Assembly: GCA_965203295.1 (NCBI GenBank)
Contig: CBDBCZ010000016.1
Coordinates: 1,456,110 to 1,520,109 of the forward strand
Direction of reading: 5' to 3'
Source: Nitrospirales bacterium
GTDB lineage: Bacteria; Nitrospirota; Nitrospiria; Nitrospirales; UBA8639
DNA length: 64,000 nucleotides
Positions 11,846 to 23,871 of this stretch are shown here, one piece after another (position 1 is the stretch's first letter; every line of letters starts with the position of its first letter). The position numbers were made by a program, and so were the translations under genes. The notes under the pieces are model-generated. The model saw only the letters and a program-made list of their open reading frames with translations, did not search any database and was not told the origin of the DNA.

Positions 11846-13556
11846 TTGTTTTACTTATTAAAGCTATATTAGGTACCATGAAGGGTAGTTTCCTGCATTA
11901 GGTATCCATAATATGTACAGGATAGACCTACACCCAACCGTAGGTTGTATGCCATTATTATTCCAAGATAATGCCAAGGAATAAATACAAGTGGGTTATA
12001 TGTATAGCAATTAGACTGTGGTTTGCACAGTATGAATGAGGTGTTTAAAATATCTACTAAGCACTTCATCATAATTATATATTTCATACAGAGAAATTGA
12101 AAGCTGGAAACCATGGTCAAAGCTGCATGGCTAGTGCCCTCAGGCAGGTATTTTAGCCGTTTAGAGACTGTCAGGATGTCCTTGGTGGTTATAGGTAGCA
12201 TCATTCACGTCTCTAAAACGACTAGGATTGTCTGAGGGCCTAAGTTATACATGATATTAGAGTGGATTTGATCTCTTTGACCACATTATGTATGTGTATA
12301 TTCTACTGTGTAGTAGCATAGCAAATTTCTTCCATAAGATTTTTAGAAACGAGAATGACAGGTGTGGCTTTTACAGGGTCATGACTACATTAACAGCAGA
12401 GTTGGAGCGTATGATTTTGTACACATTATATGCAGCGGTCATCTTTTTCCTGCGCCATCCCTACATATGGACTCCAGGAGTACTACTCTACTCCACTAGG
12501 GTGTATGCCTGAAGGTAGGCTAATGAGGGTTACATGTTGGCACCAGCAAGAGAGCAGCCATCATACATTTCAGGGACACTGCCAAGGCCACTGGGTTTCT
12601 TACAAGGTGCTTTTTCATCTTCTCGCTTACCAAGTCTTCCATTTTTCAAATTCTCATGAGCTCTGTGCCTAAAACATCTGACTTTGAGGTCCATTTCTTT
12701 GTGCCTCATTTTAGGTTTCCAACATGCGAGAAAATAGATAGCTATACTGCAACATTTCAAATGAAGCCACCAGTTCACCATCGTGAGTGCTGCATTAATA
12801 TCACTGATGCTGTAGCACCTCATGCAAGCAATATGCTGCTAGAAACCTTAACAACTTAACCTATCCTTGTTGCCTAGTTACCAGTGTTGATGCAGCATCA
12901 TAGTGACTCTTAGTGACTCTTGGTGTTGTAGTCAGTGGCGTGGCTTACTGCCTGGCAACTGGTCAAGGCTAGTAAACATGCATGCATCTCCTGGGTGATT
13001 GTTTATACACATAGGCTGTTCAAGTTCCTTCTGCAGTTGCCTCTGGCAAAAATACTGCCGCTTCCAGTACACAAAATGTTGTCCAGGAAATCCAGCCATC
13101 ATCGTGTCTTGAAATCTCGCAATGTACACAAAGCATGCGAAATTTATTTCCGCAAAAGGGTTAACTATGACAAAACCACAGAAATTGTGCGCCTTGAAAA
13201 TTTGCCGCTATGCGGTATTTAGCTAGTGATCTACATGCATCTATGGCAATTTCAGCAACATGCAGAAGGAGCTTGGACACCCTATTTTTACAAACAATCA
13301 CCCAGGATACTCACACATGTTTACTTGTTGTTGGAGGAAAACAGTGAACTTAAGTAGTGATGGGTGGCTGAACCTGAGCATGCTAGTAGCTATTCGAGAC
13401 CAACTTAAAGTGAGCCTTGCGCTACACGTAATCCTGAGATGGCAGTTGGTTATGAAAGACAATAACCAAAAACAGTATAGCTGATACAAGAAAAAGGTTA
13501 TACCTACAAAACATAACAGGGTAGAAACGTGTATTGCTGCCTTATGTATTACATTG

Positions 13557-13625
13557 GTGATAATGTTGCTACAATGTCAGTGAATAATGATGTTGCTACA
13601 ATGTCAGTGAATAATGATGTTGACA
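13557..13625. repeat. 27-bp tandem duplication in the 3' flank of gene B
   Basis: atgttgctacaatgtcagtgaataatg twice here, once behind gene E, absent behind gene A. Confidence 0.8.
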
Positions 13626-13742
13626 CAATGTACAGCTCAGCAAATAGTGTCAAAACATCCTACATGTGCATGTATAAAGAAGGCATGGGAGAAGTGTTAA
13701 ACAGTGCCATTAATCAGCAACCAATACAGAGGTAGGCTAAAG

Positions 13743-14927
13743 CTACTGAACGTAGAGTTCAATTACTTCAAGAGGAGTATCTTCCCGGCTCCTTGTCACA
13801 CCAGGTCGCAATATACGATTGCCTGTTCGGAAGGAAGCACACAGTCTCACATCTATATTATCAGTGGTGGGTGCAATGTCTGTGCGGAAGTAGGGAGGTC
13901 TGTTGAACTGACAGCAAGTGTTACGTCGCCCGCAACCTCTACCGTCCCACAGTGGGGCTTCAAGGTGAAATCGGTCGTCGGGCACGCCGGTGGCCTGGCT
14001 TCCGGTATCGCAGAAGAAATTTCTCCCAATATATGGGGGTACTAGAGGTAGTACATCTCCCGATGGTGTTTCTCCTTCCGTGCAGGGACAAGCTCTTTGT
14101 TTGTCCGCAAACTCGCTCTGTGCTGCTGCAAATGTCCAGATATGGGTACGATGTCCACTCTGTCCGTGGGTGATGCTAACTCCGTCGACATATTCCTCAT
14201 CGATAGTGGCATTGGTCTCATCGTAGTAGATGAATCCATCAGGTGCTTCACGTTGATACCCGATAACTTTACCACACACACGAGAGTACTCCACACCTTG
14301 CACACTGTAGGGAACAGCATCACAGCCTGGCATCCTGCGGTTTTCAACTCGGGTGCACAGCCTCCTTGAGCTGTCGCCTGGTGGTGAAATTGTCACCAAA
14401 GGCTGGGGACAGGAGTTGCACTGGGTATTGTTCATGTTGAGATTGGCCACCCTCATCCACCCCCTGGAGCCACCACACGATCGGTCGTCAGCATGGACCT
14501 CCAGATCACAGTAGACCAGCACAGCATCACGTACCGTATTTCTTATCCAGTAGTTGCCAGAGGTTGCACAGGAGCAGCGGGCAGCCAGATCCTGGCAGGA
14601 AGCTGCAGGGCTCTGAGGTGTTCCGATACTGCAGCACGAAAGAATGTTTGCTTCAAAGGTATCGCATGCAGCACAGGTCCCTGGATCAGCGACATTGGCA
14701 CGAGGAGGTGGGGTCACGGTAGGGTCTTCACAGCAGTTACACCGCTTGTCTTGTAGTGTCGTGTTGATGTCGGTAAGCCGTCGTAGGATCTCTTGTGTTG
14801 AATTGTCGACTCCTCTGCACGAATGCTCTTCCATATCAACTGCTTCACACCTGTACAGTTGTTGGCTACTGACTGTGGTGAAAAGAACACCACAGATAGC
14901 TAGGATCAGAAGGGCCTGGTTGAACAT
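13743..14927 (-). CDS. Copy B: same family, 394 aa (MFNQ / ADPGT N-terminal type)
   Basis: Intact ORF; core nearly identical to A; only in-frame indels in the N-terminal ~95 aa. Confidence 0.9.
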   Translation of the reverse strand: MFNQALLILAICGVLFTTVSSQQLYRCEAVDMEEHSCRGVDNSTQEILRRLTDINTTLQDKRCNCCEDPTVTPPPRANVADPGTCAACDTFEANILSCCSIGTPQSPAASCQDLAARCSCATSGNYWIRNTVRDAVLVYCDLEVHADDRSCGGSRGWMRVANLNMNNTQCNSCPQPLVTISPPGDSSRRLCTRVENRRMPGCDAVPYSVQGVEYSRVCGKVIGYQREAPDGFIYYDETNATIDEEYVDGVSITHGQSGHRTHIWTFAAAQSEFADKQRACPCTEGETPSGDVLPLVPPYIGRNFFCDTGSQATGVPDDRFHLEAPLWDGRGCGRRNTCCQFNRPPYFRTDIAPTTDNIDVRLCASFRTGNRILRPGVTRSREDTPLEVIELYVQ

Positions 14928-15793
14928 TCTCTTTTTGCCAGTTGAGAAGTAGCGGATGGAGAATTGAAAGGGGTATATTTATCCACTTCGTTTAGTTAAC
15001 AGTAAGATTTACTACTTTGTGACAAAAAGACTTTCATTTATATAGACTGAAAATGAATCTGCACATGTGCAGCATGCAGACCAAAAGTCCATGGTGCAAA
15101 AAGACTTTCAAATATGGCCATAGAATGGGTTTGGGTTCAAGTGTCTCTGTAATTGACAATTGTGCCACTTGTTTGTCTTACTTGTGGGGGAATTAGAATT
15201 TGCCCCCTCTCTCCTGTTGCCTAGCTACCAGTTTTGGTACAGCATCAAAGTGACCACACTTGGTATTCTCAGTCAGTGACGTAGCTTATTGCCTGGCAAC
15301 TAGTCAAGGCTGGTAAGAATGTGTGAGTGTCCTGGGTGATTGCTTATCCATATAGGGTGTTCAAGCTCCTTCCGCTTGTTGCTGAAAGCAAAAGATGCTC
15401 TAACCTTTATAAACTGTAGCAGCATATCACTTTGCTATTTGTCCGAAAGTACATTTAGCAAGGAGAGGGCAGTCATATACTTGCATGACGAGAGTGATTA
15501 TTTTTGGACCTAGCTACCTCTTCTGGAAAAGTTAATGTCTACATTTGATTATGGCTATGAGGGCAAACATCAGTTGGTAAAATCGTTTTACACATCCCTG
15601 TTCACATCCTTTTTTCAACTTCGTAGATTGCAAGGGACATCCTGTTAGCTATCCTATATAGCTTCACATTCTGAGCTGATTTAGAATTTAGTTTTGTAGG
15701 GATGGTTGTATATGTGAAGCTATACATGTAGATTATATTGCACAAAATGACTTGTTTTACTCACCAAAGCCACACTTCAGGCTTAGGTACCAT

Positions 15794-16324
15794 TAGTCTC
15801 GTGACCAGCCCCATGTTAGAAAGGTGGGTCTGGCTCCCCATATAGTCAAAGTTGGGGCAGCATTACATCATATTACATCACCAAACTGATAGAGTCCATG
15901 TGGCCACTAGTCTCGTGCCCAGCCCCACGTTAGAAAGTGGGTCTGGCTCCCCGTATATTCAAAGTTGGGTTAGCGTTACATCATGTTACATCACCTAACG
16001 GAAAGTGTCCACGTGGCCATTCGTGTAGATATCCGGATACTACAACCGTTTAGTGATGTAATACTATAAGTAACCAATCAGATTGCTGGTCCAGATCTGG
16101 GACCGCTGACGTAATGCTGCCCCAACTTTGAATATGCGGGGAGCCAGACCCACCTTCCTAACGTGGGGCTGGGCACGAGACTATGTGGCCACTAGTATAT
16201 ATATATCCGGATACTGCAACCGTTTAGTGATATAATACTGAGACTGCTGACATAATGCTGCCCCAACTTTGAATATACGGGGAGCCAGACCCACCTTTCT
16301 AACGTGGGGCTGGGCACGAGGCTA
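15794..16324. mobile_element. TAG..CTA MITE with ~75-bp TIRs and 9-bp TSD (AcademH- or MULE-like), containing a nested copy
   Basis: tagtctcgtgaccagcccc ... ggggctgggcacgaggcta; TSD aggtaccat at 15785-15793 and 16325-16333. Confidence 0.88.
15908..16183. mobile_element. Nested 276-bp MITE of the same family
   Basis: tagtctcgtgcccagcccc ... ggggctgggcacgagacta; TSD tgtggccac at 15899-15907 and 16184-16192. Confidence 0.88.
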
Positions 16325-16395
16325 AGGTACCATGAAAGGGAGTTTCCTGCATATAATTTAGTTAACCTACACTAGTACTGAGGCAAAATAAAATG

Positions 16396-16679
16396 GATCG
16401 ATCACAAATCTGTCTTCAAAGTGAGATTTTTTAGCCACAGAACTCATGAGATTGGTGAGTGAGGAGATGAAAATGTACCTTGCAAGAAACCAAGTGGCCT
16501 TGGCAATGTACCTTGGGAAGCTGGCAATATCCCTTGGGATGCTGGTGGGCATCACAAACGTGGGCACGTTGTAGTGCATTTCCCAATGGTGTTTCTACTT
16601 CTGTGCGTGGACAAGCTCTTCTTTGGCTGATGTACTGTCTCGTTCTGTGCAGCTACAAACGTCCCGATATGGGTAGTGG
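16396..16679 (-). pseudogene. Relic paralogue fragment
   Basis: tggtgtttctacttctgtgcgtggacaagctcttc..ctgtgcagctacaaacgtcccgatatgggta aligns to gene A about 4716-4800; THIGTFVAAQNE. Confidence 0.7.
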
Positions 16680-18096
16680 AGTCTAGGAACAAGTCTAGGG
16701 AAAACCTCCATACAAGGCAATGGAAACACTTGCAATGTAATGGTTCAAGGGTCACTGTTATTCACAATTGGGGCACTTGTATGTGACCATGCATGAGTGA
16801 AGTAAGGCAATGTAGGGGCAATGTACTACCTACGAAACGTTGTTGCCTAGTTACCAGTGTGACTCTGGACCATATTTGGTAACATGGAGTAAGGTAGTAC
16901 TCCATATGTAGGGATGGCTCCAAAAAAAATGGCGTCTCCATTAACTGTGTATAAAATGACATGTTGAGAACTCTGCTGTAGGCGTAGTCTAGGGCGAATA
17001 TGAGCCCTACCAGTTATTATAAGGCGTTTTCATCACTAATCAGACTGCTAGCGCTGCTAAAGAGTATCACTTAAGTACCAAACCGGTAAGTAGCAAATCG
17101 GGCCCATTCGACTATCTTCTGATTCTAATTCTGATTCTTCCGCCAGGCTAGCGCAATAACGGCTGAGGCGATCACAATGATTCAAGCACGAAGACGCTAG
17201 ATATTTCCTGGGGTACTGCACTCGCCGCATAGCGTTTTCAAAGAAACGAATAGGTTCGGCAGTCATTCACGAGTACTCTCGAGCAGAAGCTCGCTGTTGC
17301 ACGCCATTTAATGACTTGGATTACGTAATGCTTAGACTGCACGTGTTCGTCTATTTAACGCCTACCTTTGAACGTGCAGTCTGCTCGGGCCTGAGCTGCG
17401 AGTTGCATCTCCTGGTTCATTACTGCGTAAGTTACACAAATTTTAGCTATAAAAAATGAAGACACTTTACTCACATGGTGAACGGGTTCTGGCCAGAGGT
17501 GCTGTTGAAGAATAGTATTAAACCATATTCTTGTGTAGACAGACTAACCGGTGTCATAAAGAAAAGACTCCATTTGTAAGTACCCTGAATACGTTGTAAT
17601 GGGATGAATAATACTGGAGGGGGCAGACAGCTATTTGCAGTTCATGTATATGTCCTTGACGTGTGCATGCAGTGCCATGCCATTTATTGAACTGTCGACG
17701 CACAGCCATTTATGACTGATACAATTGTCCCCAGTGAAACACAGACACTGTACTGCATCTACTGCACTCTACAACTAGCCTCGAACCCAGACCTTCCATG
17801 GACTTTTCAAAATCTGCATAAAAGGCCTCAATTCGAGGCTACTCTAACACCACTCGATCAATACCGCACATGCATATTGCTCATGCATACCCCACACAAC
17901 CACATTATGTAGATGTTCACAATGGTCCTCCCCCACAAAAAAAAAAAGCAGGAACAAGTTTTAGAAAAATCATTTTAAAATGAATAATATATACCCAGGG
18001 TTTATAGTAGCAAGCCAAGTCAGACAACTACTGATACCTTAACTTTTCAACACTCCAAACCCTTTCATGCCATCTCCCAAAAAAACGCCCCAAAAC

Positions 18097-19062
18097 AAGT
18101 TACAGAAAAAGCACTTTCCAAAAAGTACAAAAACCAGTCATGTAGGGATGCACTTACAGCAAAAACTCTTCCCCAAAAACCAACGAAACAAGCAACAATG
18201 CACACCGGAAGGCATGCACAGACTACCCACACATCACAGCGCGATGCATTTACCGCGTACCTACCATCCCTACATCTTTCCAACCACACCCACCACAAAC
18301 CATACCACACACCCATACACAACACCCTTTAACACACACCACCATCCACAATCATCACCATCCTCAACCGTGATACCACAACAACCACCCTCGCATCCAC
18401 ATCCACAATGATTACATACTTCACGAAACACAACACTCCATGCTACAGCCAACCCAAAACACTACAGCAACACTACTCCCATAAAAACACACTCCGCACC
18501 ATTAATCCTACTCACAAGCACAAACCAACCAGAGTATAATTTCTACAACACACAACACTCCCAATGAATATCAACGCAACAAACCTTCACACACCACATT
18601 TAACTCCACAACTCCCAATCTAGTCAAACACTTGAACCCACATCGACCTCCCCTATGAAGAACATCCACACACACCACAACACTCAACCATGCATCTCCA
18701 AACACTGCCAACCCCTATACAAACGCCACCCTCAACCACTCACAACATCTATATACATAATCAACACTTTCCACAACCATGCGCCAACACACTCACTCAT
18801 TAGCAACACATATATACTCAGACACTACCACTATTCCCATCTCACATAGACATCATTGGAGGGGTGTGGTTGGAAAGATGTATAAATAGGGATGGTAGGT
18901 ACACGGTAAATGCATTGCGCTGTGATGTGTGGGTAGTCTGTGCATGCCTTCCGGTGTGCATTGTTGCTTGTTTCGTTGGTTTTTGGGGAAGTGTTTTTGC
19001 TGTAAGTGCATCCCTACAAGACTGGTTTTTGCACTTTTTGGAAAGTGCTTTTTCTGTAACTT
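18097..19062. repeat. About 200-bp inverted repeat (18097-18295 / 18857-19062) around an A/C-rich low-complexity spacer
   Basis: ORFs 18067+ and 18853- share KLQKKHFPKS.KTS.VGMHLQQK.FPKNQRNKQQCTPEGMHRLPTHHSAMHLP. Confidence 0.9.
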
Positions 19063-19865
19063 TTGTGTATAAACACTCAGTGACATAGTGTATTGCCTGG
19101 CAACTAGTCAAGGCTAGTAAACCTGCATGAGTCTCCTGGGTGTTCGTTTATTGACATTGGCTTTGTTTTGGAGCACTGTACATTTCCTGGCAACTATATA
19201 TAGTCAAGGCAGTAAACAAGCAATTGACAATTGTGGCACTTGTTTGGCTTACCTGTGACTCTGTATGACTTAGCAAGCTTCAAAGTCTTAGCCAAAAAAC
19301 AGGATGGTGTGGGTAGAAAAACCCTATCATGCTTCTCAAATTACACCCTCAAATTGTTGCCTAGTTACCGGTTGTGATACAGCATCATAGTGACAGTCAA
19401 TGACCTAGCTTATTGCCTGACAACTAGTCAAGACATGTATGTGACTCCTGGGTGATTGTTTATCCATATAGGGTTTGAAACTCCTTCTGCATGTTACTGA
19501 CAGCAAAGATATAAACTATAGATGTATGTCACTCTGCCATTTTTCAAATGTACATTTAGCAAAGAGCGAGCTGTAATCTACTTGCATGCACATACAAAGA
19601 ATGAGTTGTTTGGTCCCACATTTTTCGGAAGTGTACAGTGCTGGTATATTTTGTTTTCTGCATGCAAGTAGATGACAGCCCTCTCCTTGTTAAATGTATA
19701 CTCGGACAAAAAGCAAAGCGACATGCAGCTATAGTTTGTGTGATAAACTATAAGGTTTATGTATTCTTTTTAAAAAAGTCAGTTGGTAAAATAATTGTTC
19801 ACATCTTACTTTGTAGCTTCATTGCAAGTGACACTTTGTTATCCCTCACATAAGTATTTTAGCAA

Positions 19866-20003
19866 CTGGTGGGCATCACAAATGTGGGCAAGTTGTATTG
19901 CATCTTCCAATGGTGTTTCTCTTTCTGTGAATGGACAAGCACTTTTTTGGCTGATGTACTGTCTTGTTCTGTGCAGCTACAAATGTCCTGATATGGGTAG
20001 TGG
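19866..20003 (-). pseudogene. Relic paralogue fragment (also 44900-45037)
   Basis: THIRTFVAAQN..ACPFTERETPL across a frameshift. Confidence 0.65.
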
Positions 20004-21429
20004 AGTCTAGGAACAAGGCTAGGGAAAAACATCCGGAATAACGTCCGGAAACGCTTGCAATGTAATGGTTCAAGGGTCACTATAATTGACAGTTGGGCCA
20101 CTTGTTTGGCTTGTATGTGACCTGTATGAGTGAGTAAAGTAGCTCATGCAATGTGGGGGAAATGTGCTACCTAGGAAACCTTATTTCCTAGTTACCAGTG
20201 TTGATACAGCATCATACTGACTCTGGACCATATTTGGAATTGTGTATAAACATTGAATGAAGTAGCGTATTGCCTGGCAACTACATGTAGTCAAAGCTAG
20301 TATGCATACATGAGTCTCCTGGGTGATTGTTTATTGACATTGACTTTGTTTTGGAGCACTGTACATTTCCTGGCAAAACAAGCAATTGACAATTGTGGCA
20401 CTTGTTTGGCTTACCTGTGACTCTGTATGACTTAAGCAAGCTTCAAAGTCTTAACCAAAAAACATGATAGTGTGGGTGGAAAATCCTGCCATGGTTCTCA
20501 AATTACACCCTCAAAGCGTTGCCTAGTTACCAGTTATGATACAGCATCATAGTGACAGTCAGTGACCTAGCATATTGCCTGGCAACTAGTCAAGACATGT
20601 ATGTGACTCCTGGGTGATTGTTTATCCATATAGGGTTTTGATTTGCCTTGTGCATGTTGCTGACAGCAAAGATACCATTACACAAACTGTAGCTGCATGT
20701 CACTCCGCCATTTTCCATTTAGCAAGGAGCGAGCTGTCATCTACATGTACTTACTTGCACATGCAGAGAATTAGTTGTTTGATCCCACCTTCTCTGCATG
20801 CAAGTGGATGACAGCCCTTTCTTTGTTAAATGTATATTCGGACAAAAAGCGAAGCGACTTGCACCTATAGTATTCTATAAGGTTTCAGTATCTGTTGAAT
20901 TATTGTGAGGACTAAAGTCAGTTGGTAAAATTAATGTTCACATTCATTACTTTGTAGCTTCATTGCAAGTGACACCCTGTTAGCTATATCGCTTCACATT
21001 CTGAGCTGCTTCAGAAATTAGTTTTGCACTGGATAGAATTTTTCTGTATGTGAAGCCATACATGTAGCTTCCTTTGCTCATCAAAGCCACGTTAAAGAGT
21101 AGTTTCCTGCATTAGGTAACCACAATATGTACAGGATAGACCTACACCCAACCGTTGGTTGTGTGCCAGTGTTATTCCGAGGCAAAGCCAAGGAATAAAT
21201 ACAAGTGGGTTTAGCTATTATGTGTAGCACTTGCTCTGTGATTTGCACAATATAAATAAGTTGTAGACACCTCATCATACCGTACGTATAAAGCGCTCAT
21301 GGGCAGGGAACCTTAGAATGCAGCGGAAAAGGGGGGTGGGCACTTACTACGTATTCGTCCGCAAACGGCATGTAGTATCTGCCCACCACCCTGGAAGTGA
21401 GGAATCTTCACCATAATATATTTTCTACC

Positions 21430-21507
21430 ATGAACGTTTGATTATTATATTCCATTGAGGTAAAGTCAATGTGAACGTTTGATTATTATATTCCATTGAG
21501 GGTAAAA
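21430..21507. repeat. Two-copy tandem duplication tgaacgtttgattattatattccattgagg (also near 29858, 46465, 54003)
   Basis: Seen directly. Confidence 0.85.
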
Positions 21508-21566
21508 CTGTTGATAAATGTTTACTTTTATAGGTGTGTACATTGCAAGCGAAATATTGTTAGCTA

Positions 21567-22339
21567 TCTACTATTACGCCTGGTTGTGTCCGTGGGTTCG
21601 TTCGTCCGTCCGTGCGTGCGTGCGTGCGTGCGTACGTGTGAAAAACGGAAGCGGAAGCCGCATCCCGGATGAACTTTCACCTGTGACCAGGAAGTTCACG
21701 GTCATAGGTCAAAGTACCACGTGTCTGTATGTGAAGTGCGAGAAGATGCTAGCTCTTTCCAGCGACTACAAAACTTAGTCTCGCGATGTCAGGCACTTTA
21801 ACACAAAGGTTAGTTGCGGTATAGTCCTGTAAGTGAAAGCCAAGCAGAGATATAACTGCTATGCTAGGCTAACCATGTCGATGTGCATTAAATGGAGTCG
21901 GTGCCGTTCGCCTGCATGTAGCCTGTGGTATAGCTAGGCTACAATGCTAGCTCGCCTGTTTGATCTAGCAGCTGTTTGTAGTCTCTCCTCTGAGTCACTG
22001 CCTCTGGTTAGAATATGGTGAACATGCAAGTAGCCATGCTGAGAATAAAATCAGTGCCATGCATTCACTTACATGATATGTAGCTATGCTAGGCTATGGC
22101 TGTGAAGAGCTAGGCTGTAGTCCCAACATGCCTAAACTGTTTTACAGTTGATTGTAGTCTTCTCTGTAGCGCTGTCTCCATACTTCAGTCTGCCAGCAAC
22201 ACTACTAGCTAAATGTACCCTACAAACCAACAAATCACGTGCAGATTACATCTTTAATCTCTATCTGTATAGAGCGAGCGCAGCGAGCGAGTTCAACAGA
22301 CACAAGTAGTTGTGCGAGCGAAGCGAGCACAATTACTTG
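21567..22339 (+). mobile_element. 773-bp non-autonomous Helitron-like element
   Basis: Starts TCTACTATT and ends CTTG (variant of CTRR) in a 3' hairpin acaagtagttgtgc..gcacaattacttgt; inserted between A and T with no TSD (empty site ttagcta|tattcta at 29993/29994); GTCC/GTGC microsatellite near the 5' end. Confidence 0.8.
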
Positions 22340-23871
22340 TATTCTATTATAGGTGATTAAAGATACATTTCAGGCTTATCGAATCAACAGATGTTTCCAT
22401 GCAAACCAATGCCACAATTGTCAATTACAAAGTTCCTTGAACCACTACATTGTAAATAGGTTTTTATCCCCTTATACAGGCAAATAGGTTTCACTCCCCT
22501 TTCTTCCGCTTATAGGGAACGTTTTCCGCTTAGAGGGAACCTTCCCTCTAAGCGAAAGTGGGCTGGCCCGCGAGACTAGTCTGGGACAGTATGGCCTAGG
22601 ATCCATCTGTTGCCTCACTTGATTCCCAAAGCCTGGCACACTAAATGAGACTCCATGCATACCAAATCGGTTAGGTACCCGACGGACTGAAGGTGTGGTC
22701 AGCTGGAACGATACTGCCCTTTAGCTTTGTGCTTCGGTAGATATCACATGGCACATGCAGGTTTCCGCTGGGGGCAAGATCCAAAGGTTACGCATTTTTT
22801 TTATTGACAAGTCTGACAGCAGTATATAACAGTTGACAAACAGATTTGTTTGGGAGGAGTCAGACTCCTCCCCTAAGACAAGTAGCTCAAGGGTCATGAT
22901 GGTTCACAACTACAAAGGAAGATTTGCCATGGAGGCATCATCAATGGATGCAAAGGCATGCTCAGCAGGAGTGCCATTCACCAACTCTGCAGGGATCTGC
23001 TAGAAACTCACTGGCATGACTAAACTCTGCCACTTTGCTCAGCAATAGGCACATTAGTCAATGAAGATATTGCTAGCCATCAAACTGGACTAAGGTCCTG
23101 TAAGTGTGATCAAGCTAGCCACTCAACAGCAAATATGAAGTGGGTATGGCTCTAGCAAAGGGGTTACCACTAATTGTCCTGATTGTGCATGGGGTTCAAG
23201 ACTGTTTGAGCTATAGGCCTAGGCTAGTTCATACCTATCACTGCTATCAATACATACAGATGTGCCATGCAGGAATGCAATGGAAGTGGGAGGGACAGGA
23301 ATGTTAGATTATGCCCTTTACCCATGTTAACTGCATGAACAGCAAAGGAAAACCCTTTCCATGATTCTGTGAAATTAATAAAGTAAGCCAGAATTAATCT
23401 TACAATTTAGTAGTAGTTAGTAGGTTGCCAAAAGCAGTAAACCTCTACATGCATGTCAGCTGAATTTCAGCGACAAGCAGAATGAACTTGAACGCCCTAT
23501 TTGTATAAGAAGACTCACACATTTACTTGTTGTTGGGGGGAAACAGTGAACTTAAGCAGTGATGGGAGGCTGAACCTGAGCATGCTAGTAGCTATGCGAG
23601 ACTAACTGCGGTAAAGTGAGGCTTGCGCATACGTAATTCAGAGATGCCAGTTGGTTACGGAAAGACAATAACAAAAAACAGTATAGCTGATACAAAAAAA
23701 ACGTACGAAGTGGAAACATATATTGCTACCTTAATAATAATGTGAATGTTGACACAATGTACAGCTCAGTAAATACTCAAATACATGTGCATGTATAAAG
23801 AAGGCATGAGAGCAGTGTTAAACAGTTGTATAAGTGCCATTAATCAGCAACAATACAGAGGTAGGCTGAAG

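Larger units (their letters stand above)
5570..16545 (+). repeat. Older duplicate of about 32700-42945 (upstream of A/D through gene B/E)
   Basis: Collinear ORF fragments, same Penelope and MITE insertions, scattered substitutions and indels. Confidence 0.9.

Noticed and set aside
16338..16347. NF-kB-like site GGGAGTTTCC
   Set aside because: Present in one copy only; paralogous positions read agtagtttcc or gagagtttcc
16890..17760. Unique CpG-richer segment with a 69-aa ORF (17057-17266)
   Set aside because: Probably a TE fragment, but I found no paired termini or recognisable protein motif
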